Below the pieces are notes generated by a model that was not told the DNA's origin, made no database searches, and saw nothing but the letters and a program-made list of their open reading frames with translations. From Steroidobacteraceae bacterium (GTDB lineage Bacteria > Pseudomonadota > Gammaproteobacteria > Steroidobacterales > Steroidobacteraceae), in contig DASVCI010000051.1 of assembly GCA_036381695.1 (NCBI GenBank), positions 2,578 to 66,577 of the forward strand: 64,000 bases of DNA, read 5' to 3'. Position numbers and translations under genes: made by a program. Below are positions 1-14,937 of the stretch, one piece after another (position 1 is the first letter of the stretch; each line of letters begins with the position of its first letter).

Positions 1-78
1 CGAAGAGACGATCAACACCGCTGCAAACAGGCAGATCGCGCGCCGGGCGAAGGACTGGAAGGGACGGTTGGTGAACAT
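1..78 (-). CDS. 5' end of a probably exported protein (runs off the window)
   Basis: ATG at 78 with AGGAG RBS upstream; translates MFTNRPFQSFARRAICLFAAVLIVSS, which looks like a signal peptide. Confidence 0.6.
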   Translation of the reverse strand, partial: MFTNRPFQSFARRAICLFAAVLIVSS

Positions 79-135
79 GGCAGGGCTCCTTACGGGTTGA
101 GGAATCGAGCGTTTCGCTCGGGCTCGACCCCCTTC

Positions 136-153
136 TTGCAGGGGGCGTGCCAA
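136..153 (-). promoter_or_regulatory. Putative sigma54 -24/-12 promoter
   Basis: Minus strand TTGGCACGCCCCCTGCAA has GG-N10-GC spacing, one mismatch to TGGCACG-N4-TTGC, about 60 nt upstream of the ATG at 78. Confidence 0.6.
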
Positions 154-262
154 CCTTTCGCCCGCCGGCCGTCAACGCGAGGCCGCCGGCCGCGTTGATT
201 CATTCGTGACGGGCGCTCCCGCGCCCGCCGAACCCCAGATGGCTTCCAAAGGAGACTCGCTC

Positions 263-676
263 ATGGTCAAGACAATCGCAGCGTTCGCGCTTCTGGCGAC
301 GCTCAGTGCGCCGGCGCTCGCCGGGCCGACGCACGACAGGCTCGAGCAGGCCGACGCCAACAAGGACGGAATGATCACTCGCGACGAGCTCGACATGCAC
401 CGCGCGGAGCGATTCGCGAAGTTGGATAAGAACGCGGACGGCTATCTCGATGCCTCCGACCGGCAGGGCCGGCGCAGGAGAGGCAGACACGGCTCGCACT
501 TCGAGTCCCTCGACACCGACGGCGACGGAAAGATCAGCAAGGACGAGTTCATGAAGGCGCCCACGCCGCTCTTCGACAAGTTCGACGCCGACAAGAGCGG
601 GGTCCTGGACGCCCAGGAGATCGAAGCGGCCAAAGCCGCGGCGAAGGAGCGGGCCGGCGAGCGACGCCGACGCTGA
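263..676 (+). CDS. Secreted EF-hand protein
   Basis: AAGGAG RBS; signal peptide (..APALA); four DxNxDG/DxDxDG loops (DANKDG, DKNADG, DTDGDG, DADKSG). Confidence 0.85.
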   Translation: MVKTIAAFALLATLSAPALAGPTHDRLEQADANKDGMITRDELDMHRAERFAKLDKNADGYLDASDRQGRRRRGRHGSHFESLDTDGDGKISKDEFMKAPTPLFDKFDADKSGVLDAQEIEAAKAAAKERAGERRRR

Positions 677-711
677 AAGGCCTCCAGGCGGTTCCGTCAG
701 TCCATGCTGAC

Positions 712-736
712 GGAACCCGCCCACTTCAGGCGCGTT
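712..736 (+). promoter_or_regulatory. EcfG/ECF15-type promoter
   Basis: GGAAC-N16-CGTT upstream of the gene at 799. Confidence 0.65.
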
Positions 737-798
737 CTCAGGGCAACTGGCGCATGCGGCGGCTTCGGCCGCCGCGACCAGCATCGAGGAGGCCCGTC

Positions 799-1008
799 AT
801 GGCCCTGGACGAACGCGATCCACGCTATCACACCAGGAACGTGCGCCAGCAGCTCGCCGCGCTCATCGATCACTTGCACGAGGACATCGAGAAAGTGGAC
901 GAGCCGCAGCTCAAATCGCTGTTCGAGGCTTCAGCCGACGTGCTCTCGGGTCTCACCAGGGCGCTCAGCGAATATGAGCGCCGCTACGAGCGTGCTCGCG
1001 GGGCGTGA
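799..1008 (+). CDS. Small helical hypothetical protein (69 aa)
   Basis: GAGGAGG RBS; MALDERDPRYHT..IDHLHEDIEKVDEPQLKSLFEASA; stop overlaps the start of the next gene. Confidence 0.75.
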   Translation: MALDERDPRYHTRNVRQQLAALIDHLHEDIEKVDEPQLKSLFEASADVLSGLTRALSEYERRYERARGA

Positions 1009-1529
1009 ATACGATGCAAACGCAGCATAGATACGCCTGGCGCGAGACCGGCCGGCAGGCGCTCGTCTCCGGCTCCATTGCGAGCATCCTCTCGACGACC
1101 GTGCTCGCCACGCGCGGCGTTGCGGAAGTCGGCAGTGCGGTTGCACCGACCAACGCCACGAGTCATTGGCTTTGGGGCGAGGGTGCGTATGACGAATATC
1201 GCCCCACGCTGAAGCACACAGCGCTTGGTTATCTCACCCACCACGCTTCGGCGATTTTCTGGGCATTCCTGCTCGAGCGCGCGCTCGATCGAAAGCACAA
1301 TCCCGGCACGGCGGAGATCATTGGCAGCGCTGCGATCACTACAGCGCTCGCCGCGTTCGTCGACTACGAGCTCACGCCCCGACGACTGCGCCCCGGGTTC
1401 GAAACGCATCTCTCACGTGGCTCGCTGGTCGCGACATTCGCGGCAATCGGCGCGGGACTCGCGATCGGGGCGCTGCTCAATCGGCGCCACGAGCGTCGGA
1501 TGGAAAAGTTGCTCATCCTGGAAGAGTGA
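1005..1529 (+). CDS. Hypothetical membrane protein
   Basis: GTGA overlap with the upstream gene; 3-4 hydrophobic segments; NATSHWLWG and DY.LTPRRLRPGFE.HLS motifs. Confidence 0.75.
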   Translation: MNTMQTQHRYAWRETGRQALVSGSIASILSTTVLATRGVAEVGSAVAPTNATSHWLWGEGAYDEYRPTLKHTALGYLTHHASAIFWAFLLERALDRKHNPGTAEIIGSAAITTALAAFVDYELTPRRLRPGFETHLSRGSLVATFAAIGAGLAIGALLNRRHERRMEKLLILEE

Positions 1530-1573
1530 CTTTCGATATCGGCGACGGCCAAGCTCGCGACGCCTGGCGGTTG

Positions 1574-1963
1574 TCACTCCACAATTTTCGCGCCGCGCTC
1601 CCGCAGCAATTGACGCAGGACGGAGCGGTGACAGCGCGCTTCGTTCTCGCAGTAGCAGCCCACCGAGAATGAGGTTTGATGCGAGAGCGCCGCGAGCAAG
1701 TCGAGCAAACGAGCCTTCTCCGGCTCCTTCATTTCCGAAATGTAGCGCCGCACGAACGCTTTCCACTTCGCGTCCGTGTCGGCCGCCAGCGCCATCTTGA
1801 CCAGAGGCTCGCTCGGCGCGAGGTTCGGCAGCCAGACGTCATAGTAGTCGCGGCGCGCCCATTCTGATTTCGGCACTCCGCGCGGCGGCCGACGCACCGT
1901 GCCAATCCTGACCCCTTCATTGCGCGCGCGAGGTTGACCCAATCGAACGATGGCGACCGGCAT
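1574..1963 (-). CDS. DUF488 family protein
   Basis: TVRRPPRGV..WLPNLAPS..CYCENEARCHRSVL. Confidence 0.85.
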   Translation of the reverse strand: MPVAIVRLGQPRARNEGVRIGTVRRPPRGVPKSEWARRDYYDVWLPNLAPSEPLVKMALAADTDAKWKAFVRRYISEMKEPEKARLLDLLAALSHQTSFSVGCYCENEARCHRSVLRQLLRERGAKIVE

Positions 1964-2108
1964 GATGTGTCCCTGTGTTCCGCAGCAATCGTAAATCGTG
2001 CGGCGCTCCCGGACCGCCCGGGCCGCCGCTCTTACGGGATTAATCTACTTCACCCGCGCGATTCGTGCAGAATGCCCTCCTCGCCCATGACAACGAGGAG
2101 CCCGAGGG

Positions 2109-3605
2109 ATGTCGAACTCGCGACTCGCACTGGCCGTCCTCTTGCTCGGCGCCGCCCTGCCGGCCGCGGCGCAGGAGCTGATCATCGAGGACGTTACGGT
2201 CGTCTCGCCGGAACGCGAACAGCCGCTGCGCTCGCAGCATGTGCTGATCCGGGATGGACGGATTGCGCAAGTGAGCGCCGCACGCATCTTGGGCCATGCG
2301 GCCGCCAGACGCATCAAGGCGGCCGGCGAGTACCTCACGCCGGGCATCATGGACTCGCACGTTCATGTCGGCGAGGTGCCCGGTCTTCCGCTGGGCACTA
2401 CGGATCCCTCGCTCCTGAGATTGCGGGAGCAATTCGTAAAGCAGGAACCGCGCAGCTATCTGTATTTCGGCGTCACCCAGGTGCTCGACATGCTCGGCCG
2501 CGCTGAGCAGATCGCGCAGTTCGAAGCGCAGCCCGAGCACCCGGATGTATTCAAGTGCGGCGCGGCCATCGTCCTCGACGGCTATCCCAGCCTCTTCGCC
2601 CCCAAATCGGTGCGCTATCAACTGCTGCCCGACTATATTTACGAGCCCGCGAATGCGAAGGAGCATCCGCTGCCGCCGGGCGCCGATGAGAAAGACCATA
2701 CGCCTGAAGCTGTCGTCGCGAAGATAGCCGCCAGCGGCGCGCGCTGTGTAAAGACCTTCATCGAAGATGGTTTCGGGCCCCGCTCGGACTGGCCGTTGAT
2801 GAGCCGGGAGACGCTCGCTCGTTTGCGGGCGGCGGCGACCAGGCACAAGCTCCTGCTCATCGCTCATGCCAATGCGATCGACATGCAGCGGATTGCGCTG
2901 GAGGCCGGCGTCGACGTACTGGCTCACGGGCTCTGGAACTGGAACGAGCTCGATCAGGATGAAGGGATCCCCGAGCAGATCGCGGCGCACTTGAGACGGA
3001 TTCAGGCGCAGCACATCGGCTATCAACCGACGCTGCGAGTGATCGCAGGCACGGCAGACCTGTTCCGCGCCGACACGCTGAAGGATCCGACTTACGCGAA
3101 GGTCGTGCCCCCTGCGCTGCTCGCGTGGTACGGGACCGAGGCCGGGCAGTGGTACAAGAACGAAATCAGTCGTGAGTTCGGCGGCGCGCCGGGTGAGCGG
3201 ATCGCAAGAGCCTGGTTGCAAACCGGCGAGCGCGGCATGCGCGCGAGCCGATATCTGCACGGGCTGGGTCATCCGCTTCTGCTCGGCAGCGATACGCCTT
3301 CCGCCCCGACGTACGGCAATCAGCCTGGGTACGACACATACAGAGAGATGCGGCTGATGGCGCAGTCCGGGATCCCGCTCGCCCACGTGCTCCGGGCGGC
3401 AACGATCAGCAATGCGAAGCAGTTCGGGCTCGATCGGGACTACGGGACCGTGAGCCCGGGCAAGATCGCGAACTTGCTGCTGCTCAAAGCGAATCCGCTC
3501 GAGAGCCTGATGGCGTGGGAGCAGATCGACAAGATCATCCTGCGTGGCAAAGTGATCGAGCGGGAAAGTCTGGCGGCGGACCAAGCGGCTTCACCACGGG
3601 GGTGA
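2109..3605 (+). CDS. Secreted amidohydrolase family protein
   Basis: Signal peptide; PGIMDSHVH, LAHG, GSD and GTVSPGKIANLLLL motifs. Confidence 0.85.
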   Translation: MSNSRLALAVLLLGAALPAAAQELIIEDVTVVSPEREQPLRSQHVLIRDGRIAQVSAARILGHAAARRIKAAGEYLTPGIMDSHVHVGEVPGLPLGTTDPSLLRLREQFVKQEPRSYLYFGVTQVLDMLGRAEQIAQFEAQPEHPDVFKCGAAIVLDGYPSLFAPKSVRYQLLPDYIYEPANAKEHPLPPGADEKDHTPEAVVAKIAASGARCVKTFIEDGFGPRSDWPLMSRETLARLRAAATRHKLLLIAHANAIDMQRIALEAGVDVLAHGLWNWNELDQDEGIPEQIAAHLRRIQAQHIGYQPTLRVIAGTADLFRADTLKDPTYAKVVPPALLAWYGTEAGQWYKNEISREFGGAPGERIARAWLQTGERGMRASRYLHGLGHPLLLGSDTPSAPTYGNQPGYDTYREMRLMAQSGIPLAHVLRAATISNAKQFGLDRDYGTVSPGKIANLLLLKANPLESLMAWEQIDKIILRGKVIERESLAADQAASPRG

Positions 3606-3649
3606 GCGGGCGCTCGTGCATCCACGCGAGCTTGCGTAAACTCGGGGCC

Positions 3650-4483
3650 ATGCGCGAGCAGTTCGATCTCGGAAGCTATTTGCGACGCATCGGCTATGCT
3701 GAGCAGCCAGTCCCCACGCTCGAGACTCTGCGAAAGATCCACGAGCGGCATCCGCACGCGATTGCGTTCGAGAATCTGAACCCGCTGCTGCGCATCCCGG
3801 TGCGCCTGGACGAGGCTTCGCTCGTCAAAAAAATACTGCACGGCCGCCGGGGCGGTTACTGCTACGAGCACAATCTGCTCCTCAAGCGAGCGCTCGAAGA
3901 GATCGGCTTCGAGGTCACCGGGCTCGCCGCGCGCGTCCTGCTGAACCGCCCCGAGGACGCGATCACGCCGCGCACGCATATGCTGCTCAGAGTCGATCTC
4001 GATGAGGAGACCTGGATCGCGGACGTAGGATTCGGCGGAATGACGCTGACGGCGCCATTGAGGCTCATCGAAGACGAGGCGCAAAGCACCCCGCACGAGC
4101 CGTTTCGCGTCGTTCGATTCCATTCGGACTATCTCCTGCAAACGCAGGTTCGCACCGAGTGGCGCACGCTGTACCGCTTCAATCTGGAAGAGCAGCACCT
4201 GCCCGATTACGAAGTGGCGAACTGGTATCTGTCCAACAACCCCGAGTCGCACTTCGTGACCGGCCTCATCGCCGCGCGCTCATCACCAGGTCGTCGCTAC
4301 GCCCTGCGCAACAACGAGCTGGCCGTGCACGAGTTGGGTGGCAAGACCACTCGAACGCGTCTCACGACGGCAGGAGAACTGCGCGAATGCCTCGAGAGAA
4401 CGTTCGGGCTCGAGCTGCCCGAAGTGCCGGAGCTCGGCCGCACGCTCGAGCGAATTGCAGCCAGCACGCCGGCCGAAGGTTGA
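3650..4483 (+). CDS. Arylamine N-acetyltransferase
   Basis: FENL, RRGGYCYEHN (catalytic Cys), THMLL (His), ADVGFG (Asp). Confidence 0.92.
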   Translation: MREQFDLGSYLRRIGYAEQPVPTLETLRKIHERHPHAIAFENLNPLLRIPVRLDEASLVKKILHGRRGGYCYEHNLLLKRALEEIGFEVTGLAARVLLNRPEDAITPRTHMLLRVDLDEETWIADVGFGGMTLTAPLRLIEDEAQSTPHEPFRVVRFHSDYLLQTQVRTEWRTLYRFNLEEQHLPDYEVANWYLSNNPESHFVTGLIAARSSPGRRYALRNNELAVHELGGKTTRTRLTTAGELRECLERTFGLELPEVPELGRTLERIAASTPAEG

Positions 4484-4501
4484 GGCGCCCCGCGATCACG
4501 C

Positions 4502-4897
4502 TCAAAACAATCGCAGCGAGCGAGGCGATGGAGGCGGCGGCGCGCCTCGCATCAACGCAGCGACCACCTCGACGCTTCGAGGCACGTCCTCGGGATCGAA
4601 AGGCTTGCCTATGAGGCCCAAAGCGAGCTCGCTGTTCTGACTCGCAACGCCGTGCTGCGCACTGACGAACACCGATTGAACATCCATCTCGCGAAGGAGC
4701 CGCGCCAGCTCGATCCCCTCGCCTGGATGCTCGAGATCGATGTCGACCAGCGCGAGCTGAGGCCTGAAGCGCTGCGCGAGACTGAGAGCCTCGGCCTGTC
4801 TCGAAGCGGGGCCGATCACGGCATGACCGGCCTCCTCCAGTGCGTAGGCCACGCTCAGCCCGCAGATCGGGTCATCCTCAACAATCAATATCAGCAT
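4502..4897 (-). CDS. Single-domain response regulator with a PhyR-like receiver
   Basis: ILIVEDD..LEEAGHAVIGPA..P.LALVDIDL..KPF. Confidence 0.85.
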   Translation of the reverse strand: MLILIVEDDPICGLSVAYALEEAGHAVIGPASRQAEALSLAQRFRPQLALVDIDLEHPGEGIELARLLREMDVQSVFVSAQHGVASQNSELALGLIGKPFDPEDVPRSVEVVAALMRGAPPPPSPRSLRLF

Positions 4898-4935
4898 CGT
4901 CGTGCTCGAGCGTGGGGCGCTGCTTCGCCCCCAGC

Positions 4936-4960
4936 AACGCTCGGGCGGACGGAACGTTCC
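4936..4960 (-). promoter_or_regulatory. EcfG/ECF15-type promoter
   Basis: Minus strand GGAAC-GTTCCGTCCGCCCGAG-CGTT (N16). Confidence 0.65.
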
Positions 4961-4977
4961 TCTCCGGCACGCGAGTT

Positions 4978-5553
4978 TCATGCGCGTTCGTACGTACCGA
5001 TCAGCAGTCCTTTCGCGATCACGTGTCCCTTGATCCTCTCGAGCAGCGCTGCACGAGCAGGCGGAGAGTCGAAGCGCAGCGCGATATCGAGCGCGAACAC
5101 TTGGAACACGTAGCGGTGCGTCCCATGACCGCGCGGTGGGCTGGGCGGCGTGTACGTAGCGGACTGGAGCGAATTGCGCCCGAGCGCCTCACGGGGAGCC
5201 GGCGCCTTGGTGCTTGGAAGCGCCGCTTCAGGGAGCGATGCGTCGGTTCCCGGCAGATCCCACACGATCGCATGGACGAACGGCTCGGGCGTCGGCGCGT
5301 CCGGATCCTCCACCAGCAGGACCAGACCTTCAGCGTTCATGGGCACGCCGCGCCATTCGAGCGGCGGGGAAATCCCTTCGCCGTCGGCGGTGTACTTCAC
5401 CGGAATCGGCTCCATGTGGCCGAACGCCGGACTTCTCACCTCGATCGAGGCGTTGACACCAGTCAGCTCGGTGAGAGCGACGACGAGACCTTCTGCGCCG
5501 GTCCCCGCTCCCCGGCCGCCACGGCCGCGAGCGGACGAGGTCTTTCCGAGCAT
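4978..5553 (-). CDS. YbhB/YbcL (PEBP, Raf-kinase-inhibitor-like) protein
   Basis: AAGGAGG RBS; SPPLEW, EDPDAP..FVH, PPSPPRGHGTHRYVFQVFALD. Confidence 0.9.
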   Translation of the reverse strand: MLGKTSSARGRGGRGAGTGAEGLVVALTELTGVNASIEVRSPAFGHMEPIPVKYTADGEGISPPLEWRGVPMNAEGLVLLVEDPDAPTPEPFVHAIVWDLPGTDASLPEAALPSTKAPAPREALGRNSLQSATYTPPSPPRGHGTHRYVFQVFALDIALRFDSPPARAALLERIKGHVIAKGLLIGTYERA

Positions 5554-5622
5554 CTTGCACCTCCTTTCAGAGAACGCGCTCGCCCGCACTGGCGAGCGAG
5601 GCTGGAACCGCGTTTCCGATCC

Positions 5623-5647
5623 AACCCGGCGGCCGATGACAAGTTCC
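5623..5647 (-). promoter_or_regulatory. EcfG/ECF15-type promoter (variant)
   Basis: Minus strand GGAAC-N16-GGTT. Confidence 0.5.
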
Positions 5648-5858
5648 GGCCAGATGACAGCCACGGCCCCTCCATTCCAGGGCTCGCGTGCATCACGACC
5701 GACACGATAGGGAAATTGCCCGCAAGCCATCGCGCGCGAGTAAAGGCAACAGCGAGCTGGCTGACCCACGCACACCGTTTCGAAGCCGAACCTGTTGTAT
5801 TCGGCGCGGACCGCAGCGAAGATTGCGCGAGCGGATCAACAGAGAACCGATTGGGACC

Positions 5859-6278
5859 GTGAGCACAGAATCGCCGGCCGCCGAAGACCAATCCGTCGAA
5901 GTCCTCATCGTCGATGACAACGAGGACGCCGCCAACAGCCTCGGGATGCTCCTCGAGCTCGAGGACGTCGGGGCCGCCATAGCCGCGGATGCCGAGGCCG
6001 CGCTCCGACTCCTCGAACGGCTTCGCCCGACGTTGCTGCTCATCGATATCGGCCTGCCGGGAATGAACGGGTACGAGCTGGCGAAGCACGTGCGCAAGCT
6101 CCCGGGCGTGCGTGAGGCAACGCTGATCGCGCTGACCGGCCGGGATGCGCCGGCCGACACCACCGCCAACGGGTTCGATCAGTTCTGGACCAAGCCCTTC
6201 GATCCGAAAAAGCTCCTCGAAGAAATCAAAGCCCTGCTGGATCGAAAGCGCGCCTGCGTTCCCGAGAGCGGGACGTAA
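5859..6278 (+). CDS. Single-domain response regulator (receiver)
   Basis: VLIVDDNEDAA..IDIGLPGMNGYELA..ALTG..KPF; GTG start inferred. Confidence 0.85.
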   Translation: MSTESPAAEDQSVEVLIVDDNEDAANSLGMLLELEDVGAAIAADAEAALRLLERLRPTLLLIDIGLPGMNGYELAKHVRKLPGVREATLIALTGRDAPADTTANGFDQFWTKPFDPKKLLEEIKALLDRKRACVPESGT

Positions 6279-6328
6279 GCCTTCCCTGGAATCTCGAAAG
6301 CGGGTGCAAGCGGCGCACGCTGGTGCGT

Positions 6329-7027
6329 CTAATGATGACCTGCGCGCCGGAACTCCAACGAGAATCCTGCCTCGTCGTTGCGTGCGACTTTTCCACCGGC
6401 CGCTTCGACCAACTCTTTGAGCTCCCGGGCAGTGAGCGCGACCGGACGATGGCCAGCTTCGGGCGCGCTGGAAGGAGCGGCGTCGAATCGAGCATTGATC
6501 GCGACGCCGTCGGATGGACGGCCCTCTACCGAAAATCGCACGCTGGAAGCCGCGTTGCCGAGACAATGATGAATGAGCAGATGAGCGAGCCTCGTCGCAT
6601 CCGCCTCGATCGAAATCGATGCTCCCGCTCCATCCGGCTCGTACGCGACTTGCATGTGTCGGCGCGATGCACGCAGAAGCAGTGCGACTTCCGACATCAG
6701 CTCATCGAGCTCCAAAGGAGCGACTTTCGGCGCGCCCGGAACAGACAGGTAGCGAGTCAGCCGCGCGCTCGCCATCCGTAAGCTCGCGAGGGCCGCCTCG
6801 GCGGGATCCACATACGCGGCCGCGCGCTCGCGAAGCTTCGCATTCGTCGGGTCGCGGGCCATGCGCCCGAACAGCTCCAGGCTGATCTGGATCGCGTGAA
6901 TCGGATTGCGCAGGTCATGCAGGAGCTTCCCGAGCAGCTCCTGCTGAAGCTCCCGCTGCACACGCTCGAGCAGCGGCTGCGGCGATGTGCTCGGCGCAGG
7001 ATCCGGTCGGGAGGAGTGCTCATCCAT
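6329..7027 (-). CDS. Histidine-kinase-like protein with H-box and degenerate ATPase domain
   Basis: LLHDLRNPIHAI H-box; remnant N-box (RLAHLLIHHCLGNA); no DxGxG or GxGL boxes. Confidence 0.7.
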   Translation of the reverse strand: MDEHSSRPDPAPSTSPQPLLERVQRELQQELLGKLLHDLRNPIHAIQISLELFGRMARDPTNAKLRERAAAYVDPAEAALASLRMASARLTRYLSVPGAPKVAPLELDELMSEVALLLRASRRHMQVAYEPDGAGASISIEADATRLAHLLIHHCLGNAASSVRFSVEGRPSDGVAINARFDAAPSSAPEAGHRPVALTARELKELVEAAGGKVARNDEAGFSLEFRRAGHH

Positions 7028-7104
7028 CGTGATGCCTCGAGAACCGCACGGCGGTTGAGTTGCAGTTGAGGGCAGATCGATTGTGTCGAGGCAAAAACGC
7101 TTTA

Positions 7105-7130
7105 AATGATTCAGCGCGGCAGAAGGTTCC
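7105..7130 (-). promoter_or_regulatory. EcfG/ECF15-type promoter
   Basis: Minus strand GGAAC-N17-CATT. Confidence 0.55.
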
Positions 7131-7435
7131 TGAATCGCCCGATCAGTTTGCGGCCGCGCGGCAATGAGCCCGCGCGCACGCAAAACCTGACGCGACCCCT
7201 GTAGTTCTTCTATTGCGTCGCCACAACCATGTGGCTATGTTCGCCCACAACACCAGCCCTCGAAAAGCGGCGGGCACAAAGGGGCGCCGGGGATATCAGC
7301 GCGAGGCTCGAATCCCTTGACGGAAGATCGTCCGCCGCGGCCGGGCTTCAGGGTAGCGTCGACGGCACGGCCTGATTTGCCCGGGTTTGGTGAAGCGAAG
7401 TTTTCTCGCGTCCGACTTTCTCGGAGCTTCCCTCG

Positions 7436-13174
<5,739 letters not shown>

Positions 13175-13188
13175 CCCGAGCCGCGGCC

Positions 13189-14937
13189 GTGAGCACTGGA
13201 TTGCAGGCGAACAAGCGACCGGACAAGGTCAACATCCTGCTGGTGGATGACCAACCGGCACGGCTCCTGTCGTACGAAACCATTCTCGGGGAGCTGGGCC
13301 AGAATCTCGTGACCGCCCGCTCCGGCGTCGATGCCCTCGCACGCCTCATGAAAGAGGACTTCGCGGTAGTGCTGCTCGACGTCAGCATGCCCGGCATGGA
13401 TGGCTTCGAGACGGCGGCGATGATCCACGAGCATCCGCGCTTCGAGCGCACCCCGATCATTTTCGTCACGGGCGTGCACGACACAGAGCTCGATCGCTTG
13501 AAAGGCTACAAGCTCGGCGCGGTCGACTACGTCTCCATTCCCGTGGTGCCGGAAATCCTGCGCAGCAAGGTCTCGGTGCTGGTCGAGCTGTACTGCCAGC
13601 GACTCGAGCTCGAGCAGCTCAACCGGAGCCTCGCGGAGGCGAACAAGCAGCTCGAGCAGGCAAACACGACGCTGCAAGCGGAGAAAACCCGCGAGCTGGA
13701 AGCGCTGAACCGCGATCTCAAGCACGCGAACCTGGAGCTGGAAGACTCGAATCGCGCCTTGCAGGCGGAGATCGTTGAACGCTCACGCGCGCAGGCCGCT
13801 TTGATCGAGGCGGACAAGCACAAGGACGAGTTCCTCGCGATTTTGGCGCACGAGCTGCGCAACCCCCTCGCGCCGATCCGCAATGCCATCGAGATCATGT
13901 CGCGCATCCCGATCGAGAATGCGAAGCTCAAGTGGTCGCGCGACGTGATCGACAGGCAGGTGCTGCACCTGACGCGCCTGGTGGACGACTTGCTCGACAT
14001 CTCCCGCATCACGCGCGGCACGATCCGGCTGGCCCAGGAGCCGGTGAGCGCCGAAACGCTGCTCGCCCGCGCGATCGAGGCGCTGCAGCCGCTCATCAGC
14101 GAGCACAAGCACGAGCTCTCCATCGAGTGTCCGGACGGCTCGCTCACCGTGCGGGGCGATCCCACGCGGCTGGTGCAAGTGCTGGGGAATCTTCTCAACA
14201 ACGCGGCCAAGTACACCCACGACGGAGGCCGCATCGTACTGAGCGCGAAGCGCGAGGGGCGTTGGCTGGTATTTCGTGTGAAAGATACGGGCATCGGCAT
14301 TCCGCTCGAGTACCAGGCGAAGCTCTTCACTTTGTTCTCGCGACTGCACGGGAGCGACGATCGTACGCCGGGCGGGCTTGGAATCGGGCTCGCGCTGGTG
14401 CGCAAGCTCGTAGAGATGCATTCGGGCGAGGTGTCGATGTACAGCGCCGGAGCCGGAAAGGGCGCCGAGTTCACGGTGCGCCTGCCCTTGATCGAAAGCA
14501 CTCCGGGTACAGACGAGGCTTCTTCGTCGGATGCCGATGTCGAGCGCCGCTTGGCGCCTCGCCGCATCCTGGTCGCGGACGACAATCCGGACGCGCTAGA
14601 GAGCCTCGCGATGCTGCTCGAATGCGACGGTCATCATGTGTGGAAGGCCGCGGACGGCGCTCAAGCCATCGAGCTTGCGGCGAAATGGCGGCCCGACCTG
14701 GCCCTGCTGGACCTCGGCATGCCGGTGATGGACGGCTACGAGGCTGCGCGCCGCATGCGCGCGCAATCCTGGGGCAAGGACATGATGATCGTTGCGCTGA
14801 GCGGCTGGGGCCAGAATTCCGATGTGCTGCGCTCGCGCGAATGCGGCTTCGACACGCATCTCGTCAAGCCGGCGAGCTCCGAAGCGTTGGCTCAGCTCCT
14901 CGCCCGCGTCCCGGGCCGCGAAGTTGGCGGAGTGTAG
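13189..14937 (+). CDS. Hybrid kinase REC-coiled coil-HisKA-HATPase-REC
   Basis: ILLVDD..LLDVSMP; LAHELRNPL; NLLNNAAKYT; DTGIG; GLGIGL; C-terminal REC; 3' end overlaps the convergent gene by 46 nt. Confidence 0.92.
   Translation: MSTGLQANKRPDKVNILLVDDQPARLLSYETILGELGQNLVTARSGVDALARLMKEDFAVVLLDVSMPGMDGFETAAMIHEHPRFERTPIIFVTGVHDTELDRLKGYKLGAVDYVSIPVVPEILRSKVSVLVELYCQRLELEQLNRSLAEANKQLEQANTTLQAEKTRELEALNRDLKHANLELEDSNRALQAEIVERSRAQAALIEADKHKDEFLAILAHELRNPLAPIRNAIEIMSRIPIENAKLKWSRDVIDRQVLHLTRLVDDLLDISRITRGTIRLAQEPVSAETLLARAIEALQPLISEHKHELSIECPDGSLTVRGDPTRLVQVLGNLLNNAAKYTHDGGRIVLSAKREGRWLVFRVKDTGIGIPLEYQAKLFTLFSRLHGSDDRTPGGLGIGLALVRKLVEMHSGEVSMYSAGAGKGAEFTVRLPLIESTPGTDEASSSDADVERRLAPRRILVADDNPDALESLAMLLECDGHHVWKAADGAQAIELAAKWRPDLALLDLGMPVMDGYEAARRMRAQSWGKDMMIVALSGWGQNSDVLRSRECGFDTHLVKPASSEALAQLLARVPGREVGGV

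Noticed and set aside
7220-7235. GCCACA-ACCA-TGTGGC inverted repeat between divergent kinase genes
   Set aside because: 6-bp arms can arise by chance and I saw no second copy
7363-7380. CGGCACGGCCTGATTTGC as a sigma54 promoter for the big kinase
   Set aside because: GG-to-GC spacing is 13 nt, not the required 10
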